A stretch of 64,000 nucleotides of DNA from Batkoa obscura (taxonomy: Eukaryota), in contig JASVEC010000001.1 of assembly GCA_030770535.1 (NCBI GenBank), forward strand, positions 2,108,001 to 2,172,000, in the 5' to 3' direction. Shown here piece after piece: positions 52,898 to 64,000 of this stretch. The translations under genes were made by a program, and so were the position numbers. Positions within the stretch are counted from its first letter, which is position 1; every line of letters begins with the position of its first letter. The notes under the pieces were generated by a model that saw only the letters and a list, made by a program, of their open reading frames with translations, made no database searches and was not told where the DNA came from.

Positions 52898-53728
52898 CTA
52901 ATAAGAGCTATCAATATTACGAATAGGTAAATTGTTGATGATTGCATTAATCATTTTCTCATCTCCGTCCTTATTTCTATTACGATAGGATCTAGACATT
53001 TCAATATGAATACCACCACCATTTCTATTTGCTACATTCTTTTCATGAATTCCAGCCAGTTCACCAATATCATTAACTTTACGATTGCCCTTTACATAAT
53101 AACAGTAAGGCGCATTGCCTCTATACTTGCAATAAACTACTTTGTTTTCATCACCAATAGAGTTTTGAATGTCTCCAGCAACCTTTTGGATGTTATCATA
53201 ACGACCTCCAACAATCACTTGAATATCACCTCTTTCAGCAAACCCATGCCATGAAACAATAAATTTTGACCTAATAAGGTTTGAAAATTTCTTAGAATCG
53301 AAAACAGTGGAAGTAACATGCATTGCGTTTGGATGGCAAACTTGCTTTTTTGTGCATTCTTCTTTGCTATCTTTACATTGAGTTTGATCATAGTCTTCAT
53401 TGTTGTTATCATCAATTTTTTTACAACAAATTTTTTTATAACAATTATTAGTTTCAATTCCATTGCTTATTTTCTCGTCTATACTACAATTAAAATTATA
53501 AAAAGCTGCACTATCAAGACTGTCATATAACTTCCTTGCAAAGTTATCAGAATATCTTTCAATAGTACCACCATGGATTGCAATTGATGCTACATCTGGT
53601 CGTCTAGAGTTTTTATCAACAACCTCTTTTACAGCATCAGGGTTTGCTTTCATGGCATCATTAGTGCTGGTATAGAAATCAGCTGCAAAAACAGATGATA
53701 AGAGTAAGGATAATTGAGATACTTTCAT
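52898..53728 (-). CDS. Secreted poly-gamma-glutamate hydrolase-like Zn peptidase (PghP/DUF867 family), copy 3
   Basis: Signal peptide MKVSQLSLLLSSVFA; IAIHGGTIE, MHVTSTVFD, IVSWHGF, VIVGG, LAGIHEKNVANR..GIHIEMSRSYR; intronless. Confidence 0.85.
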   Translation of the reverse strand: MKVSQLSLLLSSVFAADFYTSTNDAMKANPDAVKEVVDKNSRRPDVASIAIHGGTIERYSDNFARKLYDSLDSAAFYNFNCSIDEKISNGIETNNCYKKICCKKIDDNNNEDYDQTQCKDSKEECTKKQVCHPNAMHVTSTVFDSKKFSNLIRSKFIVSWHGFAERGDIQVIVGGRYDNIQKVAGDIQNSIGDENKVVYCKYRGNAPYCYYVKGNRKVNDIGELAGIHEKNVANRNGGGIHIEMSRSYRNRNKDGDEKMINAIINNLPIRNIDSSY

Positions 53729-54111
53729 TTTTTAATATTTTTAATTCAATAGTGGTTTATATTTCTACTTTTTATACTTGGTTTTTCGTCAACCATGATA
53801 TTGCTGGCTATGCTAGATTGGCTAAACATGTAAGCATTTAAAACCCAATGAAATCTTAATAAGATTTTACTTTAATTTTAAAAGCTAAAACTAAATGTGG
53901 CTTATGCTAACTATAATGTCAGAGAATTAGGATAGTTTTTACATAACTTTAAAAAGTTAAAAATACTTTTTACTATTATTTGTTATTCACCAGTATTTAG
54001 TCTTTTATAATAAAAATTGTGATTCAATAGATCTGATTAATTTAGTAGTATACGAGATAGTGTTTTGGTGTTAATGTTTAGCTACTAAAAGTAGTTCAAA
54101 ATTTAAGAATT

Positions 54112-54210
54112 GGGAGTGTTTTTTTTAACTTCATTATTTTTTCCATCTTTTAAACACTATTTAAGCGGAAAATTTGTTAGTAAAATTCTTAAACACAAAA
54201 ATACATCCCC
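54112..54210 (-). mobile_element. MITE family A copy
   Basis: Both TIRs; TSD AATT on both sides. Confidence 0.92.
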
Positions 54211-54308
54211 AATTCTTTATAAAAATAGACAAAAACATATGCCCATAAATAATCTAACTTTACAAGCTTATTTTTCATTTCTTACAATTTTTGGTTAAAT
54301 TTACAGCA

Positions 54309-54972
54309 ATGTTTAATAAAACAGAATGGTTTAATAAAATATTATCAGAAATAAAGGAAAATGGATTAAGTAAATTTAAAATAGCTATGCAATATAGGAC
54401 AAACTAATGACCAAACAATAGAAGATGAATCACTCATGTCTTTATTTACAATATTCCATATCAATAAAGTTATAAACTCTCTTAATTTGATTGATGAAGG
54501 AAATGGTAATATTCTAGCCCTTTTATAATAGTTTTAATTTTATTATTCATTAAGTTATTGTATTACCTAATTCACATCTATTTTCATATGAGGTAAATTA
54601 ATTACATTAATTATAATTATTAATGATTGTAAAGCTTAATGATAAAAATACAAAGATCTATTGTAGATTAAAACCAAAATGTTATTGTACTTGTGTCGAG
54701 TTTTATCAGCTAGGTAAAGCTGAATCATATATAAACAACTTTTTCTAACTTACTTTATAAAAAGCTATTTATAGTTCCGATGTTAAAGTGGTAAGCCTAT
54801 TGCATTTTGGCTCATTTTAACTTATCTATTTCTATAGTGTCATCATTTACTTAGTATTAATTTACTTGAAGCAATAATGGAATCTGGGAAAGAAAATAAT
54901 ATACAATCCAATGATAAGTCAAAAGATAAACTCACATTTAATGATTGTCATTTTCTTTATCTAAATATTTAA
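54309..54972 (+). CDS. SWIM zinc-finger protein, ZSWIM7/Sws1-like, multi-exon
   Basis: Manual splicing gives MFNKTEWF..SLMSLFTIF..SLNLIDEGNV..CYCTCVEFYQ..VCHHLLSI (CxC..CxH); absent from the ORF track. Confidence 0.65.
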
Positions 54973-55504
54973 AATCTCCTGCTATCACCAGATCATATTT
55001 TGGATTATTGCATGCGATTAAAGGTTATTTTCAGGAAGATAAGGAGTTAATTTTATAGTTAATAGGTTTTATTTGAAAGCGATTGAAAAATAGTATAAAA
55101 GTATTGTGATATTACTTAACCAAGTAACTGTGATTACCTTTTTGCTTTATCATTCTATCCATTTATATACAATATTAAATAAAGAATCATTAGCTGAATA
55201 CTCAAACAAAGAAGACTTAAATACGTTATTATTAACCATATCTAGGCTTTATCACGTTAACATAAATTTCAGTTTTTATTATTTATTCAAATTTTGATGC
55301 TATAAAAATTCACTAAATAAATTAAATTTATGATATATTACAATTGATATAATTATATAAAGCTAATTAAACCATAATAAATTTTATCCAATTGTAATAA
55401 TACAAGTACAAGAATTATTGCCAGATTCCTCAAAAAAATAGATATTTACATGTATTAACATATATACCTACATGCTTTAGAATCGTTGTTCTTTTAAATA
55501 CAAT

Positions 55505-56876
55505 TACATACCATTTCGCCATCGTAATTCCTTCTTGCTATTATCAAAATGAATCAGTGCAAAAGAATATTTCATTCATTCTATAGCAGGATAAATACCT
55601 TTGCTCCATTTATTAATCATAAATGTATTCTTATTAGTAATATGGGATTGAAGATATCCTTCAAACTTAGGCAAGTCAGATATTAATCCAGTTGATTTCT
55701 TTTGGTCCTCAGGTATGTATAGATATTGATCCTATGCTTAATATAAATAATACCATCATTTATCTCACAAGTGACTTCAAGGTCTCCATCATTTTTATAT
55801 AAAAAAGCCTATTATCAAAAACATCAATGACATCATATTCATAGTAGTCTTCATAGCCCCTGTTATCATCAGTGTCATCAATATCATCACCATCACTTTC
55901 ATTGTTACTATCACCTTTGTCGCTTTTATTTTGATTGTCGTTATTATCACTTTGCTCTTTACTACTACATTCCTCATCATTGTCTTTATCGTCATTATTG
56001 TGTATGCCTTTGTTGTCACTAATACGGACCTTTTCTTTATGTAATTTTAAGATATACTTTTTATTTTCCTGAATTTTGTTTCCATTAATATTAGTTAGAG
56101 TAAAGTTTGACACTGTCTTGACTTTAGGCCTTTTATTAGGTAACTCTTTATCTTGAATTAATTCATCAATATTGTTAATATTTTTATTAATCATTCTAGT
56201 AACTCTTAACTTAATATTTGTGCTATACCTATAGTTCATTGTTATATCATGTATGTTAAAATATTGATACTTTTCGTTACCCAAATAAACGATAGAAAAG
56301 TGAGCTAGAACATTTCTTGATTTGGTAATATCAACAAACTTGTCAATATCTATGGCTTTATAATATTCAACAACAGTATTAGTTTCAGTTAGGTTTGGCA
56401 TAATAAAACCATTTTCTCTCACAAACAACATATATGATAATGTCTTATTGGTTACTATACTGTCAACAAGGTACAAGCTACCAAATAGATAACGATATAT
56501 ATGGGGATGTATTTTTGTGTTTAAAAATTTTACTGACAAATTTTCCGCTTAAATAGCGCTTAAAAAATGGAAAAAATAATGAAGTCAAAAAAAACACTCC
56601 CATATAGTTTTTTTAAGTAATTATAATAAACATTAAACCCAATTACACTATTAGTCGCTAGATTCCTACAGTTTTAATCGTATTTTATCTCTCTTTAATA
56701 GATATGTATAGAGAAATAATATTCTCTTAGTGCCACGAAAATATCTTCGTTTATCTTCTAAATCTCAACGTCAATATCGATTACCTTCGTAAATTCACGT
56801 TTTTATCAATTAAACACTTATCAGTAATATTGATATCAACTTCAGAATAAACCACAATCATTCCTATTCCAATCAT
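55505..56876 (-). pseudogene. Decayed gene of unknown family with acidic low-complexity tract, interrupted by a MITE
   Basis: The 259-aa ORF starts inside the MITE; coding-like frames continue on both sides with stops and frameshifts. Confidence 0.55.
56503..56601 (+). mobile_element. MITE family A copy
   Basis: Both TIRs; TSD ATAT. Confidence 0.92.
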
Positions 56877-57011
56877 TTTATTTTATTTTATTATAAACTT
56901 AAATGGAAATGAATAGCAGCTAGTTTTGATTTATACAGTGTTAAGAACCATAATATCATTTTAAAAATCATTTGCCATTTATGTCAATGTAATTTTGGCT
57001 ATAAAGAACAT

Positions 57012-57068
57012 GGGGGTGTTTTTTTGTGTTTAAGATTGTTAAATCCTTAAATAAAAAAATACATACCC
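57012..57068. mobile_element. 57-bp MITE family A derivative made of two left ends
   Basis: GGGGGTGTTTTTTTGTGTTTAAGA...CCTTAAATAAAAAAATACATACCC. Confidence 0.7.
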
Positions 57069-57422
57069 ATGTTTTTCTCATCACTTTAGCCATATTTTAT
57101 ATAGTATGATATTGAATAATTTATAAATTAAATTAAACAGACATTTTTAAATTAACAACTTTTTAAAAAGATTAATAAAAAACAAAATCATTAAGTTACA
57201 CCATCATAAGAAAGCATTTAAGAAAATGATAAAGATAAGGTCTAACTTGTATTCATTAAAATTTATAAATACTTTAACTATATTAATCTACTGGATTTGT
57301 ACATTATATAATAAAAATCATTTCCCGATTTGAAATAATAATAAAAGTGTAATTGAAAACCAAAAAATATAAGCTTAACTAATAAAACAAGTATATTATT
57401 TTAAATCATAACAAGATATTTT

Positions 57423-60334
57423 TTATAGACTTGCAAGTTGTTCTTGTAATTTGTGAATTTTTTCAAGGAGAGTCTTATTAATTGAATCTTTTTCTTCGTT
57501 TTGTTCATTGAGTATCTTAATTAATCCCTGTAAAAAAAACAATTAAATTTCATGATAAAAAAAAGTCATAACAGAAACACTTACATCAAATTGAACAAGT
57601 TCATTAGTTTTAGTTTCAACTTGTTTCTTCAAACCTTCAATTTCCTCATAATGCTCCTTTTCTCTATTTGAAAGCTCCTATAATATTGAAGTTTAATAAA
57701 CGGTACTATAAGTATAATATTCAATCTAATTACCTCACAATTTTTTTGTGAAACCTCAAGTTGATCAATAGTCATACTTAAAGCTTGTTTGGTACCTTCA
57801 TTTTCTTTAGTAATAGAATCTAATTGATCTCTAAGTCCAGTGGCAGAAATGAGCTCCGTTTTTAGTTGCTAATATAATAAGTTAGAATTTTAACTAGTTA
57901 ATAATTAAACTTACGTTCATATTTTCAAATTCAACTTCATATTTCTTTTCCAATTCTTCATACTTTTTTAAAATCTCACCTTTTTCAGATTCAATAGTTT
58001 CAATTTGTTGTTCATTGATTCTAAGATTAGCAATTTGTTCTTTTAAAGTCTAAAACTTATAAGTATAATTACGATTAATATATAAATTAATCTTACTTCA
58101 ATTTCATCCTTAAATTTGCTTTCTTCTTTTTTAAGTTCATCTAATTCAAAAGATAACTTTCCTTTTTCAGAATGCAAATTTGTAATTTGCAGTTCGTAAG
58201 CTTCTTTAGATTCTTTGAATTTCGTATTTAATTCCTAAAATTATTAAATATCAGCTCTAAAAGCTAAATCTGATTTACTTACTTCAAGTTCATTTTTACT
58301 TTGAGAAAAGGAATCAGCTTGAGAATGAAAGGATTCAAGTTCAGAAACTAAATTATTTTGTTTAATTTCTAATTTTTCCTTTTCTTCAGTAATCTTTTCA
58401 ATATCTCGTTTAAGTGAATTAATTTCATTTTCGAGACCAAATTTAACATCCTCAATATTCTTTAAATGTTCATTTTGAATATTCTACTTTTTTTTAATAT
58501 ACTAAATTTAAAATTAATATCTAAATTACTTCAATCTTTTTTTCGTATTCCGAAGTTACAACTGCTTCTTTATCATTGTCTTTTTTAATCACTTCCAATT
58601 CCTTTTGATGAGTCTCGTTAACTTGCTGAATCTTTTCTTCAGTTTCTTTATTTAATTTCTATGAAACAAATTAATACATGTGAAATCAATCCTAATGGCT
58701 ACTTACGTTCATAGCATTATGAGCTTCTTCTACTTCATTTTTACTTTCAGTTAATTGATTTTTAAGCTCTTCAATTTCATTTTTTAAGTCCTGTTGAGCT
58801 TGACTTTGCTGTTCCTTGGCTTCTTTAAGTAATTTAGTTAACTCTTGAAGTTGATTCTCAAGTCCTTGAATTTTTTGATCTTTTTCAGCAATTAACTCAT
58901 TATCCTTTCGATTCTTTTGTTCATTCACTTGGCTAATATCAGCAACTAAAGCCTCCTATAAAGTTATAAGTACTTTTGAAAATCTACAAAAACGAACCAA
59001 CCTTCTCATCAACCAATTCCTGTTTCTCTTCATTCAGTTTGATAATTTGAGCTTCTAAATCGAATCCTTTTTGAGTAAGAGTTTTGATGCTAGTTTCACC
59101 TTTTTGAATCAAGTTTTCTTTTTCTTCAATTGTTTCATTTAAAGTTTTACACTAAAAATATATAATTAAAACCCAATATGACAAATAAATTACTTACCTT
59201 TTCATCAAGTTTGCTAATTTCCACACGAAGTTTATTTATTTCAATAGCACTAGCGGTGGATGCTTGAGAAGTTGCGCCATTAAGCGGAGCTCTAGGCTTA
59301 ACACCAGTTATAGGAGCAGTACCATTAGTTGCTTTTTTAGATAATTCAGCTGCTACTTTTCTAACTGAAGTAGGTTGAGTAGTAGATGTAGATCTAGAGC
59401 TTGTTTTACTCAATCCACTAGAAATAGGTTTGGATATAGTGCTTCTGACTGAAGCAGAAGCCTCAGGTTTAGCTATGCTATCAGAAGAAGCTGCTTTAGT
59501 TGATACTGCTTTTCTCAATGGAGTTGAGCCCTTAGCAGCGCTACTTGGAGTAGTCGTAACAGTAGTTCTTGATGGACGAGTTAATGGAGTTGGTCCTGGT
59601 TTGGTTCCGGAAGTACTAGCGGCTGTTGGCTTTCTTACTCCAGTAGCAGCAGATACTCTAGATGGTTCTTTTCCTACTGTACCGGTTACAGGCTTCCTTA
59701 CTCCAGTAGTAATAGGCGCTTTACTTACTCCCGAAGTTGTAGGCCTTACTGCGCCTTTGGTAGCAGGTACTTTACTTGGTATTTTACTTGCTCCGGTAGT
59801 TGTTGGTTTTCTCACTCCAGTAGTAGTGGGTGGTTTGATTGGTACTTTACCTGCTCCAGTAGCTGATGGTTTTACTGCACTTTTGGCACCGGGTGATTTA
59901 TTTGATATCTTGTTTTCCTCAGTAGCTGCAGGTTTATCTTGAACTTTAGACTCTTCTTTATCTTCGGGCTCTTTTGCTTCAGTTGAAACAACAGACTCTT
60001 GTTCAGACTTTTCTTCTCCTTTAGAAGCTTCTTGTTTGTTTTCAGGGACTAAACCCTCATCTTTACTTTCATCTTTTAATTCTTCTTTATCAAAATCCTC
60101 TTCTTTATTTTCACTTTTCAATTCTTCTACATTACTTAAACCATCAATTTTTTTATCTTCTTTAGCGTCCACATCGATCAGATTTTCATTTTGATTTTCA
60201 CCATTCATTCCATTTTGAGTATTAAAGTTATCTTCATTTTTAACCTCATGAATTGGAAAAGAATTTTGATCTTCAGTATCTAAATTGTTTTTGTTATCAA
60301 TTAATGGATTACTGCTTGCTAATATATCGGACAT
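57423..60334 (-). CDS. Large protein with acidic N-terminus, basic Pro/Thr/Lys-rich repeats and long multi-exon coiled coil; function unknown
   Basis: Long first exon then about nine short heptad-rich exons bounded by GT-AG introns, ending KIHKLQEQLASL*. Confidence 0.75.
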
Positions 60335-60763
60335 CTTTTAAGGGATCGGTAATAAAAATAATACTATAAAAATTGAAATTTTTTAAATAGGAATTTAAAC
60401 CAATCATTAAGCTTCCCCTTGGATTTTACACGGAGTTTTTTATTGGTTTTAAATTCAATCAGATTCTGAACACGTAGTTTGTTTTTGAGATTTAAGCCAA
60501 TCATTTGGATTTAAGAAAAGCCTTATTTTTGGTCAATGTTATATGCTACATATTGTCCATATACTACACTTTTGTAATATTAAATTTCGACATGGCTATA
60601 TGTTACCAGCTTATTCAGCTTTTAAAAAACCTCTTGCTACAAGATAGATATTTAATGTTGCTATTAATGGAGTAAGCCTTTATTTTACTAACCGCACTAA
60701 TAGAAATTTGGCTTAAAACCAATTATTAACAAATGTCATGAATTTTTTTAAAAACTAGAATAT

Positions 60764-60858
60764 GGGGATATATTTTTTTAAGAATTTTACTACCAAGTTT
60801 TCCACTCAAATAGCGCTTAAAAGATGGAAAAAATAATGAAGCCGAAAAAAACACTCCC
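60764..60858 (+). mobile_element. MITE family A copy
   Basis: Both TIRs; TSD ATAT. Confidence 0.9.
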
Positions 60859-60983
60859 ATATTATGTTATACTTAAGGGTTCACAAAGTCTTTGGGAGTA
60901 AATTTTAAAATTTAGAAAAAAAATAGCTGTAAAATAAACAAATGCTTCTTTCATGCTTTTTTTATTATATCAAGTTTATAAAT

Positions 60984-61175
60984 GAGAATGTTTTTTTTGA
61001 TTTCATCACTTCTATTTTTAAACACTATTTGAGGATGTATTTTTATGTTTGAGAATTTTACTAGTAATTTTTTCACTCAAATAGCACTCAAAAAAATGAA
61101 AAAGTAATGAAATCAAAAAAAATATCCCCATTTAGTGGAAAAGCTATTAGTAAAATTCTTAAAAGCAATAATCCC
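60984..61175 (-). mobile_element. MITE family A outer copy split by a nested copy
   Basis: Halves 60984-61030 and 61130-61175 rejoin to consensus; TSD AAAT. Confidence 0.85.
61031..61129 (+). mobile_element. MITE family A nested inner copy
   Basis: TSD ATTT (61027-30, 61130-33). Confidence 0.9.
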
Positions 61176-61758
61176 AAATCTAAAATATAAAAAATTTATC
61201 TAAATTTCACTTTTCATTTTACGAATCAAAACAAAAGCTATTTTTGCATAAAAAAGTAAAATTTTAACAGGATATTTGTATAAAAGTAACTTTTATCTCA
61301 AATAAAGCTATAATAAAAAAATACTGCAAAATTGTATAACGTTTTATACTATATTGATAGCTTTAAACTTTATTAAATGATAATAGAAAAATACATCCAA
61401 GACTATTACTATATGACTTTTGGTATTTTTTTGAACATTAAGAGTTTTCACTAAGTTAATTTGAAATCTTTTCATGTGCTAATTTTTTGAAAAAGTCTTA
61501 ATAAATTATTAAGTTAGGCTTAGTAAATTAAAGTGAAAAATTTTGTGATTTTGTTATGTATTGAAAATAAAGAAATTATTTTAATTTTAATTTCAATATT
61601 ATATATATATCTTTCTTTATAATATTGACTATACTTAGTTCTTTAAAAAATTGAAAGATTAAATCCAAAAACAAATTTATTTATGCTTCAAAATTCTAAA
61701 ATTTTCAAATCTTTTTCAACTATTCCTATTATTTCCAACAAACGTTACACAGTATCAA

Positions 61759-62284
61759 ATGCATCAAAACAAAGTGCACTCTTTATATCGCTCATTGCTA
61801 CGATCCGGTCGACAAAGTTTAGGTGATAGTAATCGAGGTTTACGTCCAATGAAATTAAAATTACGACAGGGATTTGAAGAAAATAAAACTTTGAATCTAA
61901 AAGAAGCACAAGAAAAATTGGAAAGAGGTAACATCTATAGATTTCAACATTAAGCACAGTTATTAATGACGATTATATTTAACCAGGCTATAAGACTTTA
62001 CAGTTTTTGAAAGTAGCAGCAGATAAAGATAGTACCGAACATAGAATCGTTAAATCGTTATGTATTATGGAACATTACCAGGAGAGCTATAGTATTAGGT
62101 AAAAGAGTTATTAATATTATTCTATTAATTGAAGCTAATACCAATTTTTTACCCTACGTATAGACCACCAGTATTTGGTAAAAAAGTGAGTGAAAGTCGA
62201 AAAAAAGCATATAGTGAAAACTATGATAATTATTTAAGAATGATTGAAATGTTAAATAAAACAGAAGGATTGGCTTTACGTTGA
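61759..62284 (+). CDS. LYR-motif / DUF1763-like mitochondrial protein, 3 exons
   Basis: VHSLYRSLLR..LRQGF; TLQFLKVAA..EHRIVKSL; YLRMIEMLNKTEGLALR*. Confidence 0.7.
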
Positions 62285-62511
62285 TGGGTAGAAAAGAGAG
62301 ATTATAGAGTGCTTTGGATTATATAGCGGAATGAATTAATATTTATAGAACATAGAAAATAAAAGTTCAAGCTCTATTGATAGTGCATTATTTTTATTTT
62401 TAAAAATGGTTAAAATAAAATAAAAATAAAAAATAGACTTTTATTATAAAAATACGTATTTATTCATTTATTTATTACACATAGCTACTAAAAATCACTT
62501 AAGTCCCAGGG

Positions 62512-63232
62512 TTACAGTCTCGGTTTCAATTCTACATTATCATCTAACTCTCCATTTCCAATCTTCTTTATCAATTCAATCAGCTCTATCTTAAACCCTT
62601 CACTCTCCCTCTCTTTCACTTCCTCATTAGGCTTAAGCTTATACTCCGCAATAAAAGCCAATCTTTTTAGTTTTATAGAATAACAATTAACTATTAATTT
62701 CATCTCTTCTTTTTTCATTGAAGCTAATTTTGAAGCTATTATTAACTAATCAAAATAATCAAAAATCCAATCAATTTATTTTTATAGTAAACAGTCGAAT
62801 TACTTACTTTATCTGGATACACTACTGCCGATTTATAATAAAATTCACAAGATTTCAATTGAAATGGAGAATCTTTATTTAATAAAGAATCAAACTGAAA
62901 CTCGGTATTAGAAGTAAGGGATTTTATTTTTTCAATAAAAGCAATAAGACCTAAAAGTTGTACAATAGTCAGTTTTTAATATATATTAATATTAGATAAG
63001 AAATATCAAATGAAATTTACCAATTTCTCCATAATGAGACCACCAGGCGTTATTAATGTGCTGATAAATATCCTATTTACAAATGAGGTTACAAGTTATT
63101 TGATTAGATTAAAATAAAGTTGAATTTTACTTGATGTCCCCAATGAACTGGTAGTTGAATTAAGATAGGGTGAAAGAGTATAGAATTAGCTATTGAGTCT
63201 GGGAAAGTAGATAGTATTGATTTTATTGTCAT
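62512..63232 (-). CDS. Hot-dog fold acyl-CoA thioesterase (4HBT-like); exons 63232-63131, 63072-63021, 62950-62808, 62745-62512
   Basis: LPVHWGHQDIYQHINNAWWSHYGEIG and LKSCEFYYKSAVVYPDKLII motifs; all exons in frame. Confidence 0.75.
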
Positions 63233-63627
63233 TTTAAATAATGATAAAAATAATTTAGCCTTGAATTTTATTAACTTAACAGAAAAACACGTGGTAATTA
63301 ATAATAGTCTACAATTAAAATTGAAATTAATTATCCTTTATAAAACTAAATAGTTAGATGAATTATTTTAATCTAAGAAGATATATCAAAGTAAGTCATA
63401 AATCTAACAATTAAACAATAAAAGTGTAAGCTAGAAGCATTTTAAGTCTTAATTAAAAACAAGCTTTATTTATTAAAAAAAGAAATATAAAAAAACTTCA
63501 TTTGACTCATTATAGTTTTAATTAAGAATAAAACCATAACCCACCTTAACACATCAACTACTCGTTCTTTTTTATAAAAAAAACTGAAGTATAGTCCAAT
63601 AAATCCCTTTAAAATTAAACCACAATT

Positions 63628-63950
63628 CTACAAATTATTTTCCTTATTATTGTTACTAGCAAAATCTCGCCATTGCTGTTTACTATCCGAATATTTATTA
63701 TTATTACCAAAGTTATATTTCATTTTAGGTTTCATATTAGTGTTATTATTGCTACTATGATTACTATTATTTTCATAATTGGATTTATTGTGCTGATAAG
63801 TTCCTTTTGATGAATATGAATAATTTTTGTTATAATATCCTTTCCTTGGTTTGATTCGTTTTTCTATTGTTATTAATGTAAATTATCTTTATAAATTTAA
63901 TATTATAATAAAAACTTACGTGTAGCTAATAATCGACGTCCTTTAAATTC
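63628..63950 (-). CDS. 3' end of a gene entering from beyond the window (Asn-rich tail; small exon EFKGRRLLAT)
   Basis: 78-codon open frame 63863-63628 and a 31-nt AG/GT-bounded exon 63950-63920; exon phases not reconciled. Confidence 0.35.
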
Positions 63951-64000
63951 CTATGATATTTATTATTTATTATTAATTGAAACTATTATTATAAATTTAA

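Noticed and set aside
59430..59942. 170-aa hydrophobic ORF on the plus strand
   Set aside because: Antisense shadow of the Thr/Pro/Lys-rich exon. The same applies to 33237-34229 (kinesin), 2742-3002, 6832-7014 and the short ORFs overlapping the PghP-like genes.
62900..62940. Suspected frameshift in the thioesterase exon
   Set aside because: On recount the frame is open (EKIKSLTSNTEF).

Overview
Very AT-rich eukaryotic DNA with many short (~45-60 nt) GT-AG introns. The gene content is fungal but keeps animal-like features, so an early-diverging fungus, possibly Zoopagomycota/Entomophthoromycotina, is inferred but not proven. Conserved genes are a BET double-bromodomain protein, RPL15, a LigE-like GST, RPT1, RGP1, an Mdv1/Caf4-like WD40 protein, Mhr1/mL67, a Pof1-like nucleotidyltransferase, PMT4, DUF726, DUF952, coilin, kinesin-5, an I78 inhibitor, a dual-CRIB PAK kinase, ADE13, a SWIM protein, an LYR/DUF1763-like protein and a thioesterase. 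Between them lie tandem duplicates, pseudogenes and about 25 copies of a ~100-bp MITE with GGGG..CCCC ends and a 4-bp mostly AWWT target duplication. Highlights: (1) a tandem cluster of intronless, secreted, phage/bacterial-type poly-gamma-glutamate hydrolase (PghP-like) genes with a Cys-rich insertion, two intact and one MITE-disrupted; (2) a BET gene able to encode BRD4-like short and long isoforms, the long one carrying a BRD4-type C-terminal motif; (3) an abrupt PMT4/DUF726 junction (deletion or misassembly); (4) an atypical dual-CRIB PAK; (5) an animal-like coilin. All family calls come from motif recognition by eye and exon models from manual splicing; no database search was run.
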